The translations under genes were made by a program, and so were the position numbers. Shown one piece after another: positions 1 through 7,935 of a DNA stretch of 43,329 nucleotides (positions are counted from its first letter, which is position 1; every line of letters begins with the position of its first letter). The notes beneath the pieces are model-generated. The model was not told where the DNA came from. It ran no database searches and saw nothing but the letters and a program-made list of their open reading frames with translations. Origin of the DNA: a virus; IMG/VR virus record IMGVR_UViG_3300009156_000012; one strand, 5' to 3'.

Positions 1-123
1 ATCAACCACATCATGCAGAACGAGACCGCGCTGCGCCAGCAGCTCGAAGACGCGAACAGCTTAAACGAGCGCCTTGAAAAGGAGTGCATTCTCCTGAAGC
101 GCCAGCTCGACGCCGAGCATATG
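1..123. repeat. Terminal overlap, identical to 43207..43329
   Basis: Base-by-base comparison of both ends. The repeat lies inside a CDS. Confidence 0.95.
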
Positions 124-201
124 GCACGCGCCTCGCTCGAAACGACAATCCGCCAGATCGCCGAGATCGTGGTCAACGGCAGCAAGGCGCCGGGAACATG
201 A
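1..201 (+). CDS. 3' part of the junction-spanning hypothetical coiled-coil protein (starts at 42961)
   Basis: Frame continuous with the open ORF 42961..43329. TGA at 199-201 overlaps the next ATG (ATGA). Heptad-like sequence LRQQLEDANSLNERLEKECILLKRQLD. Confidence 0.75.
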   Translation: MNHIMQNETALRQQLEDANSLNERLEKECILLKRQLDAEHMARASLETTIRQIAEIVVNGSKAPGT

Positions 202-602
202 TCAGGGGATTTTACGCATTGGCAGTTGCGCTTGTGGCGGCATTGCTGGTCACGCTGGCCAGCACTCCGCTGCCGGTGCCTCGGCCGGTTGAAGTGTCCC
301 CGCAACCGGCCGAGCGCGAGCTGACCTTCGAGGAACGCTGGGAGCCGGTGCGGCGCATGCCGCCGATGATCCGGATGAACGAGCTGGAACCGCGCACCAT
401 CCCGGTGAAGACCATCTCGATCCGCGCCGAGCCTGCGGTCTATGTCGAGCCTGCCGAGCAGGTTGCGACAGCCGAGCCAATTCCAAAACCACGTCCGGCA
501 ATCAGACCCAAGATCGTCTTCCGGCCAAGGGACATCTGTGCCAGCCACGGCATGCACAAGCAAATCACGCGCGGCGGAAAGTCATGGCGTTGCCGAAGAT
601 GA
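198..602 (+). CDS. Membrane-anchored Pro-rich hypothetical protein (134 aa)
   Basis: Internal ATG at 198 overlaps the upstream stop. N-terminal hydrophobic helix FYALAVALVAALLVTLA, then a Pro-rich region. The ORF-track N-terminal extension is Arg-rich out-of-frame-like sequence. Confidence 0.65.
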   Translation: MIRGFYALAVALVAALLVTLASTPLPVPRPVEVSPQPAERELTFEERWEPVRRMPPMIRMNELEPRTIPVKTISIRAEPAVYVEPAEQVATAEPIPKPRPAIRPKIVFRPRDICASHGMHKQITRGGKSWRCRR

Positions 603-790
603 AGGAGAACTGGGAAAGGAAAAAACAAGCTTGGCTGCTGCGCGCTGAAGGAGCGACCTACAAGGAGATTGGCAGGCAACTTGGTGGAGTATCCCGCTCA
701 CGGGCATACCAGCTGGTTGGTCGCTTCGATCGTCAATTGAAACGCATGATCGAGCCGGAACGAGATGCCGCAATAGCGCAGGAAAAATGA
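584..790 (+). CDS. Small HTH DNA-binding protein (sigma-70 region 4 / LuxR-like helix-turn-helix)
   Basis: Sequence AEGATYKEIGRQLGVSRSRAYQLVGRF resembles a region-4 type HTH. An alternative start at ATG 599 forms an ATGA overlap with the upstream stop. Confidence 0.6.
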   Translation: MALPKMKENWERKKQAWLLRAEGATYKEIGRQLGGVSRSRAYQLVGRFDRQLKRMIEPERDAAIAQEK

Positions 791-815
791 GTGTTGCCAA
801 AAAGTGAGTATCAAC

Positions 816-932
816 ATGAAATGCGAACGATGTGGATTAAGGCGCGGACGCTGGTGGCACGACATGTTCGGCCTGATCTGCAGCTGGTGCCGCACGTCGC
901 TCGCAATGACCGCAGGCAAGAGCAATGTCTGA
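816..932 (+). CDS. 38-aa Cys-rich mini-protein (CxxC...CxxC zinc-ribbon-like)
   Basis: Hand translation gives MKCERCGLRRGRWWHDMFGLICSWCRTSLAMTAGKSNV. It fills a gap and overlaps the next gene by 8 nt. It is below the ORF-track size cutoff. Confidence 0.4.
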   Translation: MKCERCGLRRGRWWHDMFGLICSWCRTSLAMTAGKSNV

Positions 933-1362
933 ACTGCACGACAAGATCAACGACCTGACGGCGCGCATGCTCACCTGCGCAGCGCATATCACGGTTCTGA
1001 TGAGCCACAACCGGGATGACGACCTGATCACGGTGAACCCGCCGCTGGTGATTGACGCTGGCAACCTGCTGACCGAAGCTGCCGCCATGCTCAAGAGTTT
1101 TCAGCCTGCGCAAGAGCCGATGGAGATCATCGAAGCGCGCCAGATATATCGCGCAGCAGCAGACCGCATCAACAAAGCAACTGACAAGGACATCTGGACC
1201 GATCCCGGCCCGCCGATCACGCCGAACGCGCCGAGCCCGCGTGCCTGCCCGAAGTGCGACAGCCGCGCCAACAAGACGATGCGCCGCATCAACAAGGTCT
1301 TTGTGCTGGAATGCCCGGTGTGCGGCGAACTTTGGCCATACACCAAGCCATCGTGGGTCTAG
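925..1362 (+). CDS. Hypothetical protein with C-terminal zinc ribbon (145 aa)
   Basis: ORF with normal composition. C-terminal CPKCDS...CPVCG pairs. Last gene of the rightward arm. Confidence 0.7.
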   Translation: MSELHDKINDLTARMLTCAAHITVLMSHNRDDDLITVNPPLVIDAGNLLTEAAAMLKSFQPAQEPMEIIEARQIYRAAADRINKATDKDIWTDPGPPITPNAPSPRACPKCDSRANKTMRRINKVFVLECPVCGELWPYTKPSWV

Positions 1363-1517
1363 CGCTTGGACTTACGCCTCGGCAGCTTGCCGCCCTTGTC
1401 GCCCTTGACGAATTCCTTGCCAACCTTCCTCGGAATGCCGAGCGTCGATTTTCCCTCGGCGGCAGCGTGCATGGCGGCACGCTGCGCCTGTGATTTCGGT
1501 TTTGGCCAAGGCGGCAT
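1359..1517 (-). CDS. Small basic protein, DUF3008-like (52 aa)
   Basis: Internal ATG at 1517 is preceded by AAGGAGGATTGAAC. KSQAQRAAMHAAAEGKSTLGIPRKVGKEF matches my memory of the DUF3008 pattern. Confidence 0.6.
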   Translation of the reverse strand: MPPWPKPKSQAQRAAMHAAAEGKSTLGIPRKVGKEFVKGDKGGKLPRRKSKR

Positions 1518-1519
1518 GT

Positions 1520-1750
1520 TCAATCCTCCTTCTTCGGTGTCGGTGTCGTGCAGTCCTTGATCAGCTGCATCATCAGCGCATCGCGCCGGATGTTTCCCGC
1601 ACTCACGGTATCGGTGACATCCTTGAGGAACCAGATCGAGGCGCTGAGGAACAGCACGTTGATGCACACCAGCGCCAGTCCCAGCGGCTGCGACGCCAGT
1701 CCGGCTATGGCTGCACTGGCAGCCTTGCCGCCTTCCTCGATCGCACCCAT
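1520..1750 (-). CDS. 76-aa single-pass membrane protein (holin candidate)
   Basis: ATG at 1750 lies 5 nt after the fibre stop. TM segment LGLALVCINVLFLSASIWFL. Sits at the end of the late arm. Confidence 0.55.
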   Translation of the reverse strand: MGAIEEGGKAASAAIAGLASQPLGLALVCINVLFLSASIWFLKDVTDTVSAGNIRRDALMMQLIKDCTTPTPKKED

Positions 1751-1755
1751 GGCAT

Positions 1756-3714
1756 CTATTGCGCCTCCAGTGCCTCGATGCGCGCCATTGCTTCCTGTAG
1801 CGCCTTGGTCAGTGCCGCGATCACGGTCCACGGGTTCGGGCTTTGCACGGCATCCGGCGCGTCCTTGTACGCGCTCGCCGCGCTCTGGATCAGCGTTGCC
1901 TGCAGCTCGTGCGCGATGAAGCCCCACCGCTCGATGTCGTCGGCGACATACATCGGCTCGACCGCCAGCTTGTCTTCCTTGATGCCCTGCTCGGCCCGGT
2001 CCTTGGCTTCCTTGAGCTTGCGCTCCACCTCGATGGTTGGCGTGTATTCGGCCTGCGTGTAGCTGATCGGGCGCAGTGCCTTGACCACGTCCCATGTCCC
2101 ATGAAGGTCCGCGACATCCTTTTTTATGCGGTAGTCACTGGTGTAGGCGATCTGGCCTTGGTTGGTCAGATCGATCCACATCTGCGCGGCACCGGAGAAG
2201 CCGATGTTGTGGATGTTGCCTCCATACGCGCCCGCCGCGCCCGGCCTGCAGCGCATCCCGGTGCCAACCTTGACGCCGCCGCTCGCTTCGACCGTGACGC
2301 CATAACCGGCGACTGCGTTGTGGAAGTAGACCTCGTTGTTGGCAGGCTCCCACAGGAAATATCCCTTGTTGTTGCCGCCAGCGTCGCGCATCCAGAGGAC
2401 CGGATTGGCCGCCTGACAGATGAAGTTCGCGCTGGCGTTGATCGAGCCGCCATAGATGGGGTTATTACTGGTGGTTAAGGGACCATTAACGATAAGCTGC
2501 GCGCCGACAAATTGAAAATTGCTGCCGTCGAACGTGAGATACTTGCCGCCGCTCAGACCGAATTGATATGTGCCGCTGGTCGAATTGCTCGCACTCCAGA
2601 CAGCGCCATTGACGATGAGCGGCGCGCCGTTGAATTGAAAATAGGTCCCGTCATACGTGAGAATTTTAGTGCCCGTGTTGCCGAAATAAATAGTGCCTTG
2701 GGTCGGAGTGCTGCCCATCACCACCAGATACCCACCGTTCACGACGACAGGGGCGTTAAACTGCAACGCGCCGCTTGAGCGAGTGACGGAGAACGCCACG
2801 CCAAGATAGGCACCGTTGTCGGCGTAGCGCAGCAGGGCAAAGTCCGATCCGGCGTTGGCACCAGTCTCGGCCGCACCCTGCGCCATCAGGATGGCCCAAC
2901 GGTTCACGCTGTTACGATTTCCGTAAATTGTAGCTTCGTCGCTGGCACCTACTCCCTTGTTCAGGATCAATTGTGGAGATGCTTTCACAATTGACAGATT
3001 TCCGTTCAGCGCAGCAGCACCATTTGCACGAGTGATGTTAAGCGCCTGCCCAATCAATGTTCCATTATCGTCAAAGCGTGTAACCACAAAATCCGATCCG
3101 GAGTTGCTGCCGCTCTCAGGCGAAGCATCACCGAGATTGAGCACCCAGCGCGGCTTGGTTGCCATGTCTCCTTCGATGGCGGAAAGCTGTCCGCTCGCGG
3201 CCTTGTCGAGGCGCAGGGCGGGGTTTGCCTTGGAGATCCTGATGTCGCCGTCAAATCTGGCTTGGCCGCTCGCGCGGTTGATGTCGAGCACGGCGCCAAT
3301 GAGCGTGCCAGCATCGTCGTAGCGATAAAGCGTGAAGTCCGATCCGGCATTGCTGCCGCTCTCAGGCGTGGCGTTCCCCAGCGCCATAACCCAGCGCGGC
3401 TTGTCGACGAGGTATGAAGTAATCCCGGCGGCCTGACCGGCAGCGGGCTTCTTGAAAATCAGCGAAGGGCTTGCCTTGCTGATGGTGAGGTCGCCGGTCA
3501 TCGTGTCGCCAGCCTTGGCGACCGCACCGAGCGCGACAAGGGCGTCGGGCGCCGTGGTCGATCCCGTGCCGCCCTTGTTCACCGGCAACGGGGCATTGAG
3601 CGTGGCGGCGATGTCATTGACCCAGTTGTTGTAGCGCGCGCTGTAGATGGTCTGGTTGGCAGACCCGTAGGTGCCGTCGGGAATGACGTAGTTGCCGTCA
3701 GGTTGCCGTCCCAT
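1756..3714 (-). CDS. Tail fibre with C-terminal peptidase S74 intramolecular chaperone domain
   Basis: N-terminal NKGGTGSTTAPDALVALGA fibre motif. Three ~82-aa tandem repeats (aa ~75-321). C-terminal SDYRIKKDV...WGFIAHELQ...ALTKALQEAMARIEALE, typical of S74 domains. Confidence 0.85.
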   Translation of the reverse strand: MGRQPDGNYVIPDGTYGSANQTIYSARYNNWVNDIAATLNAPLPVNKGGTGSTTAPDALVALGAVAKAGDTMTGDLTISKASPSLIFKKPAAGQAAGITSYLVDKPRWVMALGNATPESGSNAGSDFTLYRYDDAGTLIGAVLDINRASGQARFDGDIRISKANPALRLDKAASGQLSAIEGDMATKPRWVLNLGDASPESGSNSGSDFVVTRFDDNGTLIGQALNITRANGAAALNGNLSIVKASPQLILNKGVGASDEATIYGNRNSVNRWAILMAQGAAETGANAGSDFALLRYADNGAYLGVAFSVTRSSGALQFNAPVVVNGGYLVVMGSTPTQGTIYFGNTGTKILTYDGTYFQFNGAPLIVNGAVWSASNSTSGTYQFGLSGGKYLTFDGSNFQFVGAQLIVNGPLTTSNNPIYGGSINASANFICQAANPVLWMRDAGGNNKGYFLWEPANNEVYFHNAVAGYGVTVEASGGVKVGTGMRCRPGAAGAYGGNIHNIGFSGAAQMWIDLTNQGQIAYTSDYRIKKDVADLHGTWDVVKALRPISYTQAEYTPTIEVERKLKEAKDRAEQGIKEDKLAVEPMYVADDIERWGFIAHELQATLIQSAASAYKDAPDAVQSPNPWTVIAALTKALQEAMARIEALEAQ

Positions 3715-3717
3715 CGT

Positions 3718-5514
3718 TCACTCCGTTTCACCACGCAGCGCGCGTGCAGCCGAACCCGGACCATAGCGCCTCTCGAACATCTGTACTTCCTGCGGACGTG
3801 GCGCCCCGCCGAACCGCTTCATCTCATTAACGTCAGCCGGATCGAACTGGATCGGAACAGTATATTGCTGCAACGCCTTCTGGTCATATTGCGGATTGAA
3901 TGTCTCGCGCACCTTCCTGTTGTGATCTTGGATCATCCTGACTGCATCTTCGCGCAAGCCGTTCACGATCCGCTGCTGCGAGGAAAGATCGAGGTTCGGA
4001 TCCAGACCGATGGCCTTCGCGGCGTTCGCACCTTCCTTCTCGGTGACGTTGCCCCTGCCCGTCGTCATGGCCAGCATCTGGCCAACCAGCGGGTACAGCT
4101 TGGCATGCAGATGCTCGGTGTCGCGCACTTCTTCGGAAGCCCGCTGACTGCCAAAAGCCGATGCCACTTTCGACAGGGTCATTCCGCTCGGGAGCGGAAC
4201 ATTCCCGACGCCCGGGATGGGAAGGTTCACATCAGTGCCAATGCCAGCGATGATGTTTCTGCTGTTGAGCAGGCGCACCGCCTCGTTCACACGGTTCAGG
4301 TTGTCAGCCAGCATCTTGGCCTGATCCATGCTCTTGGCCGCGCGCTCGTTCGCCGCCTTGTAGTTCTCGGGCGACCTGAAGTCGCGATTGATCGCGGCCT
4401 CCCGAGCCTTCTCTTCCAGCTCGGACTGCTGCTTCGGCAATTGGCGAATGTTCTCGTCGTACTCCTTGCGCCGCGTGAGGATGTCGTCGCGCTTCTTCTG
4501 CCAGATCTCCTGCTGCTGGCTGTCGATCTTGTCGCGCCTTGCCTCCTCGCGCTTGTAGTCGGCTTCCAGCTCCGCGCGCGCTCTCTCGCCCAGACGATTG
4601 AGGTTCCTCGGATCGTCCAGCACCGAACGCAAGCGCTGCATTTCAGGTGTCGGAATGCCAACCTTCGGCTCGGGCGGCAACGCCTCGACCGGCTTGGGCA
4701 TGTTGATGCGAGCCCCGCCCGGCCCCAGCTCGGGACCCGGCTTGATCGGTGTCCCCTGCGGCGGGAACGGCCCGGGGGCAGGCGTTGGCGCAGGTCCCGA
4801 GCCCGGTTGGCCGCCGGGCATTGCCCCGGTTGGCCCGCCGGGTGGTCTTCCCGTCGGTGTCGGCCGAACCTCGACATTGCCACGCTGGCCAGCCTGCGCC
4901 AGCATGGTCGGGACCAGACTGTCGCGGCCTGCCGCGATCGACTGATCGGGAGAGGTAACGTCGGGACGCTCGGCGATCGTGGCGCCCGGACCTGCCGCTT
5001 GCGGCCCGCCATAGGTCGCGCCGGGCTGGCCAGCATCCGACACCGTGCCAGTGTCAAGGGCTGCCATCTGCAACAGCCCGGGGCGTTCAGCCGCCGTCTG
5101 CGCAATCGCGCTGCGTCCGGCATCGACTTCGGGCGGCATGTCTGCGCTGGCCAAGGAAGCCGTGGGCACCGGGGCCGATGGCATGTCGAGCAGAGCGCTG
5201 CCACCTGCAGGACCGGCGGGAGGGGTAGGGACTGCTGGCGGCGTAGCACCACGCCCCTTCGCGATCTGCGCCTCGTCACGCCTCTGCTGCGCGCGCTCGG
5301 CTTCCAGCAGCTGCCGGTCATAGAGCCCCTGCGTGATGCCCTCGGCCGCAGACGACAGACCCTCGCCGAACGTCTTCGGGTAAGGGCGCGAGCGTGAGGC
5401 AAGCGCTGCCGCAACAGCGCGGCGCGCCTTGAGCTGATCGATGGTCATGCCATTGGCGGCATCGGCCCAGAAGAAGTTCTGAACATTTGGATCAACGCCG
5501 GATGTGTCGGACAT
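3718..5514 (-). CDS. Internal virion / ejection-type structural protein (598 aa; Pro-rich centre, coiled-coil C-half)
   Basis: Position between the fibre genes. Low-complexity PG-rich core and charged helical region. No recognisable enzymatic motif. Confidence 0.6.
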   Translation of the reverse strand: MSDTSGVDPNVQNFFWADAANGMTIDQLKARRAVAAALASRSRPYPKTFGEGLSSAAEGITQGLYDRQLLEAERAQQRRDEAQIAKGRGATPPAVPTPPAGPAGGSALLDMPSAPVPTASLASADMPPEVDAGRSAIAQTAAERPGLLQMAALDTGTVSDAGQPGATYGGPQAAGPGATIAERPDVTSPDQSIAAGRDSLVPTMLAQAGQRGNVEVRPTPTGRPPGGPTGAMPGGQPGSGPAPTPAPGPFPPQGTPIKPGPELGPGGARINMPKPVEALPPEPKVGIPTPEMQRLRSVLDDPRNLNRLGERARAELEADYKREEARRDKIDSQQQEIWQKKRDDILTRRKEYDENIRQLPKQQSELEEKAREAAINRDFRSPENYKAANERAAKSMDQAKMLADNLNRVNEAVRLLNSRNIIAGIGTDVNLPIPGVGNVPLPSGMTLSKVASAFGSQRASEEVRDTEHLHAKLYPLVGQMLAMTTGRGNVTEKEGANAAKAIGLDPNLDLSSQQRIVNGLREDAVRMIQDHNRKVRETFNPQYDQKALQQYTVPIQFDPADVNEMKRFGGAPRPQEVQMFERRYGPGSAARALRGETE

Positions 5515-5515
5515 C

Positions 5516-7480
5516 TCAGGCAGCCCTCCTCATGCCGAAGATCGAACCCAAGCGCGCCACGTCGATGTGCTTGACCTCGTCGATCTCCTTCACCGCGCTC
5601 GGATCGATGTCCTCGACGTCCTGCGCCATCGGGCCGACGTGGCGGCGGTCTTCCGGATCGTCCTTGTAGCTGTACTGGTAGATCGGCAGCTTGTCGCCCT
5701 TGGCAGAGAAGACGTCGCCCATGCGAATGATGTTGTCCTTCACCCTGCGATCAGACGCCAAGATGGCGGATCCGCCGAGCTTGCCGCCAGCGCCGAGAAT
5801 TCCGCCCATCAGGTCGTTCCAGCTCGACAGGCCAGTCTTGTAGATGTCGTTCTGCTGCGAGAAGCCCTGATTGATCAGCCCGGCCACATCGGTCGTCGGG
5901 ATCTGGTTGCGCGGCGCATTGACGAAGTTGGGCTGCGACACCTGCGAGCCCGACATCAGCGCGGCGATCTCGTTGATCGGCTGCGTGCGCTGCTGATAGC
6001 CCTCCTGCAGTGCCTGATTGCGCTGCTGGTTCTGCGCATTGAAGATCGCATTTTGCCGGGCAAGCGCCTGCTGCTGTGCGGCGTTGTAGAACCCGGCACG
6101 CGCCTGCGCCTGCTCGTACTGCTGCTGCTGAGCTTGATTGAAGAATGCACCGCGTGCGGCAGCCTGCCCCTCGGCCTGCTGCTGAGCCTGATTGGAGAAC
6201 GCACCGCGCTGCATTGCCTGCTGCTCGGCCTGCGCCTGAGCCGTGTTGGCGAACGCTCCACGTTGACGCGACTGCTCCATCCCTTGCTGCTGCGCCATGT
6301 TGTAGAACGCGGCGCGCGCCTGCGCCTGCGTGAAGCCCTGCTGCTGCGCGGCGTTCTCGAAGGTCGCCTGCGCGCGTGCCATCTCGGTCAAGCGCTGCTG
6401 CTCGACGCCTCCGCGCTCGATCGCGCCGTAGCGCGCATCGTTGGCCTGCCTGTTGTAGACATCCATGGCCTGCGTGTAGGCGGGCGAGCCGTAGCGAATG
6501 CCCTGATCGGCGAGCTGCTGGCGTAGCCTGTCCTGCTCCACCTGCAGCTGCGGGTTCATCCGCTGCATCAGCGCGTCTTCGACACGCGCGCGGTCTGCAC
6601 TGAAGTTGTCCTGCGGCCCGTAGCTGCGCGTAATGTCCCAGTTCGGGTCCTGATACTGGTCGAACCCGTACATGACATCATGCCCAGTGCCATAGTCGCG
6701 CTGGATGTCGCCGCCCGAGCCGTAGCCATACTGTATTGAAGGACGACTGTTTGCAGCACGTCCTTCGGTCTGCCCGAACTCGCGCCAATGTTGCGCGGCA
6801 AATGCCTGCGGATCCTGCCCCGATGCACGAGCGGCGGCAGCAACATCCGGATAGGTCTGAAGGTACGCAATTGGATCAAAATTATAGTCGGACTGCACGG
6901 CAGGTTGATCGGCAAAACTCGAAACGGGCATGCCTGCCGCGTCGAACAGGTTAAGGTTCGCCATCGGGGGCGGAGCGGTCCCGCCGCTCGAACGCCCCTC
7001 GTTGTATCCCCACTGCTGCCAGTGATTGGCGGCGAATTCGTTCGGATCCCATCCACGATCGAGCGCGTACTGCTTCACGTCCGGATTGGCGGCGAGATAG
7101 CCAGCGACGTTGAAGTTGCCGCGCGAAGGATCGAACGGCGCGCCGAGCAGATCGCCGAGCGCACCACTCTGCTGCTTCGCCATGTCGGACAGGTTCAGCT
7201 GCGCCGCTTGCGAGTTGTCGAATGTCTGCTGTCCCTGCGGCGTCAGCGTCTGCGTCGCGGTCCAGCGTGGAATGCTGAACGTCTGCTGCGTCGTCGGATC
7301 GGTGTAGGTGAACGGATTTCCGGCGGTGTAAGTCAGATTGCCCTGTGGCGTCTGCTGGTTGACGTTGCCGAGATACGAGTTGGCGATCGCGGTCGAGACG
7401 TTGGTGCCGGTCTGCGCGGCAGCCGTCTGCATCGGGTTCGGCGGCGTCGGAGGATCCGGAGCGAGCCCACTGTAAGCCAT
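5516..7480 (-). CDS. Second fibre/spike-like protein with C-terminal S74 chaperone domain (654 aa)
   Basis: Last 79 aa read SDRRVKDNIIRMGDVF...HVGPMAQDVEDIDPSAV (S74 pattern). Q-rich degenerate repeats (GAFxNxAQQQ). Two YLxxxPDV...HWxxxGxxEGR repeats. Confidence 0.75.
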   Translation of the reverse strand: MAYSGLAPDPPTPPNPMQTAAAQTGTNVSTAIANSYLGNVNQQTPQGNLTYTAGNPFTYTDPTTQQTFSIPRWTATQTLTPQGQQTFDNSQAAQLNLSDMAKQQSGALGDLLGAPFDPSRGNFNVAGYLAANPDVKQYALDRGWDPNEFAANHWQQWGYNEGRSSGGTAPPPMANLNLFDAAGMPVSSFADQPAVQSDYNFDPIAYLQTYPDVAAAARASGQDPQAFAAQHWREFGQTEGRAANSRPSIQYGYGSGGDIQRDYGTGHDVMYGFDQYQDPNWDITRSYGPQDNFSADRARVEDALMQRMNPQLQVEQDRLRQQLADQGIRYGSPAYTQAMDVYNRQANDARYGAIERGGVEQQRLTEMARAQATFENAAQQQGFTQAQARAAFYNMAQQQGMEQSRQRGAFANTAQAQAEQQAMQRGAFSNQAQQQAEGQAAARGAFFNQAQQQQYEQAQARAGFYNAAQQQALARQNAIFNAQNQQRNQALQEGYQQRTQPINEIAALMSGSQVSQPNFVNAPRNQIPTTDVAGLINQGFSQQNDIYKTGLSSWNDLMGGILGAGGKLGGSAILASDRRVKDNIIRMGDVFSAKGDKLPIYQYSYKDDPEDRRHVGPMAQDVEDIDPSAVKEIDEVKHIDVARLGSIFGMRRAA

Positions 7481-7935
7481 CAGGCTGCCTCCTCTATTGC
7501 CGGTCTGCCATGGCTGAATTTGCCATCGTACCAGTCATCATCGGTCAGCGTGCAGATCACGCCATCGAGATCACGGCCGAACAGGCGCGGCACGAGCGTG
7601 AACGCGAAGCCGACGGCGGCGAGCAAACGCAAAACGTGCTCGTCGCTCTTGCGGACATGAACGAGCAGCATCTGGCAGCTGCATTCGCGGAAGACAAAGT
7701 CGCCGATGCGGTTGAGCGTGCGGCGCGACAGCCAAGCAGGGCTGAGAGCTGAAGCCGTCATCTCGATGATGCCGGTCCCCGGGTTCCAGTTGTAGAAGAC
7801 GACGCCACCCAAGAAGCGGTCATGCTCGTCGACCACGCCAAGAGCCTTGCAGTTCCGGTAGCCGGTCTCCTCGCCTTGGAGCTTGGCCACGAAAGTGCTG
7901 ATCGCCTCATCCTGCCCGTAGACGAACCGGATCAT
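7480..7935 (-). CDS. GNAT-like N-acetyltransferase fold protein (151 aa)
   Basis: Size and beta/alpha pattern (GGVVFYNWNPGTGIIEMTAS...RLLAAVGF) resemble GNAT proteins. ATG at 7935 overlaps the upstream TGA; the track start at 7938 is TTG. Confidence 0.5.
   Translation of the reverse strand: MIRFVYGQDEAISTFVAKLQGEETGYRNCKALGVVDEHDRFLGGVVFYNWNPGTGIIEMTASALSPAWLSRRTLNRIGDFVFRECSCQMLLVHVRKSDEHVLRLLAAVGFAFTLVPRLFGRDLDGVICTLTDDDWYDGKFSHGRPAIEEAA

Noticed and set aside
850-857. Single E. coli-type Chi octamer GCTGGTGG
   Set aside because: There is one copy only, inside the 38-aa mini-ORF. It is not enriched, so it is not evidence for Chi usage.
3703-5397. Very long antisense ORFs, including 3703-5397 (+), 5504-6526 (+), 10813-12261 (+), 16132-17310 (+), 17956-19260 (+), 20153-22576 (+), 24358-25491 (+), 27097-28854 (+), 35787-37241 (-), 36656-38401 (+), 37677-38663 (-) and 39472-40509 (-)
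   Set aside because: They are Arg/Leu/Ala/Gly/His-rich shadow frames, typical of GC-rich DNA opposite or out of frame with genes that carry clear motifs. They have no RBS and no independent motif.
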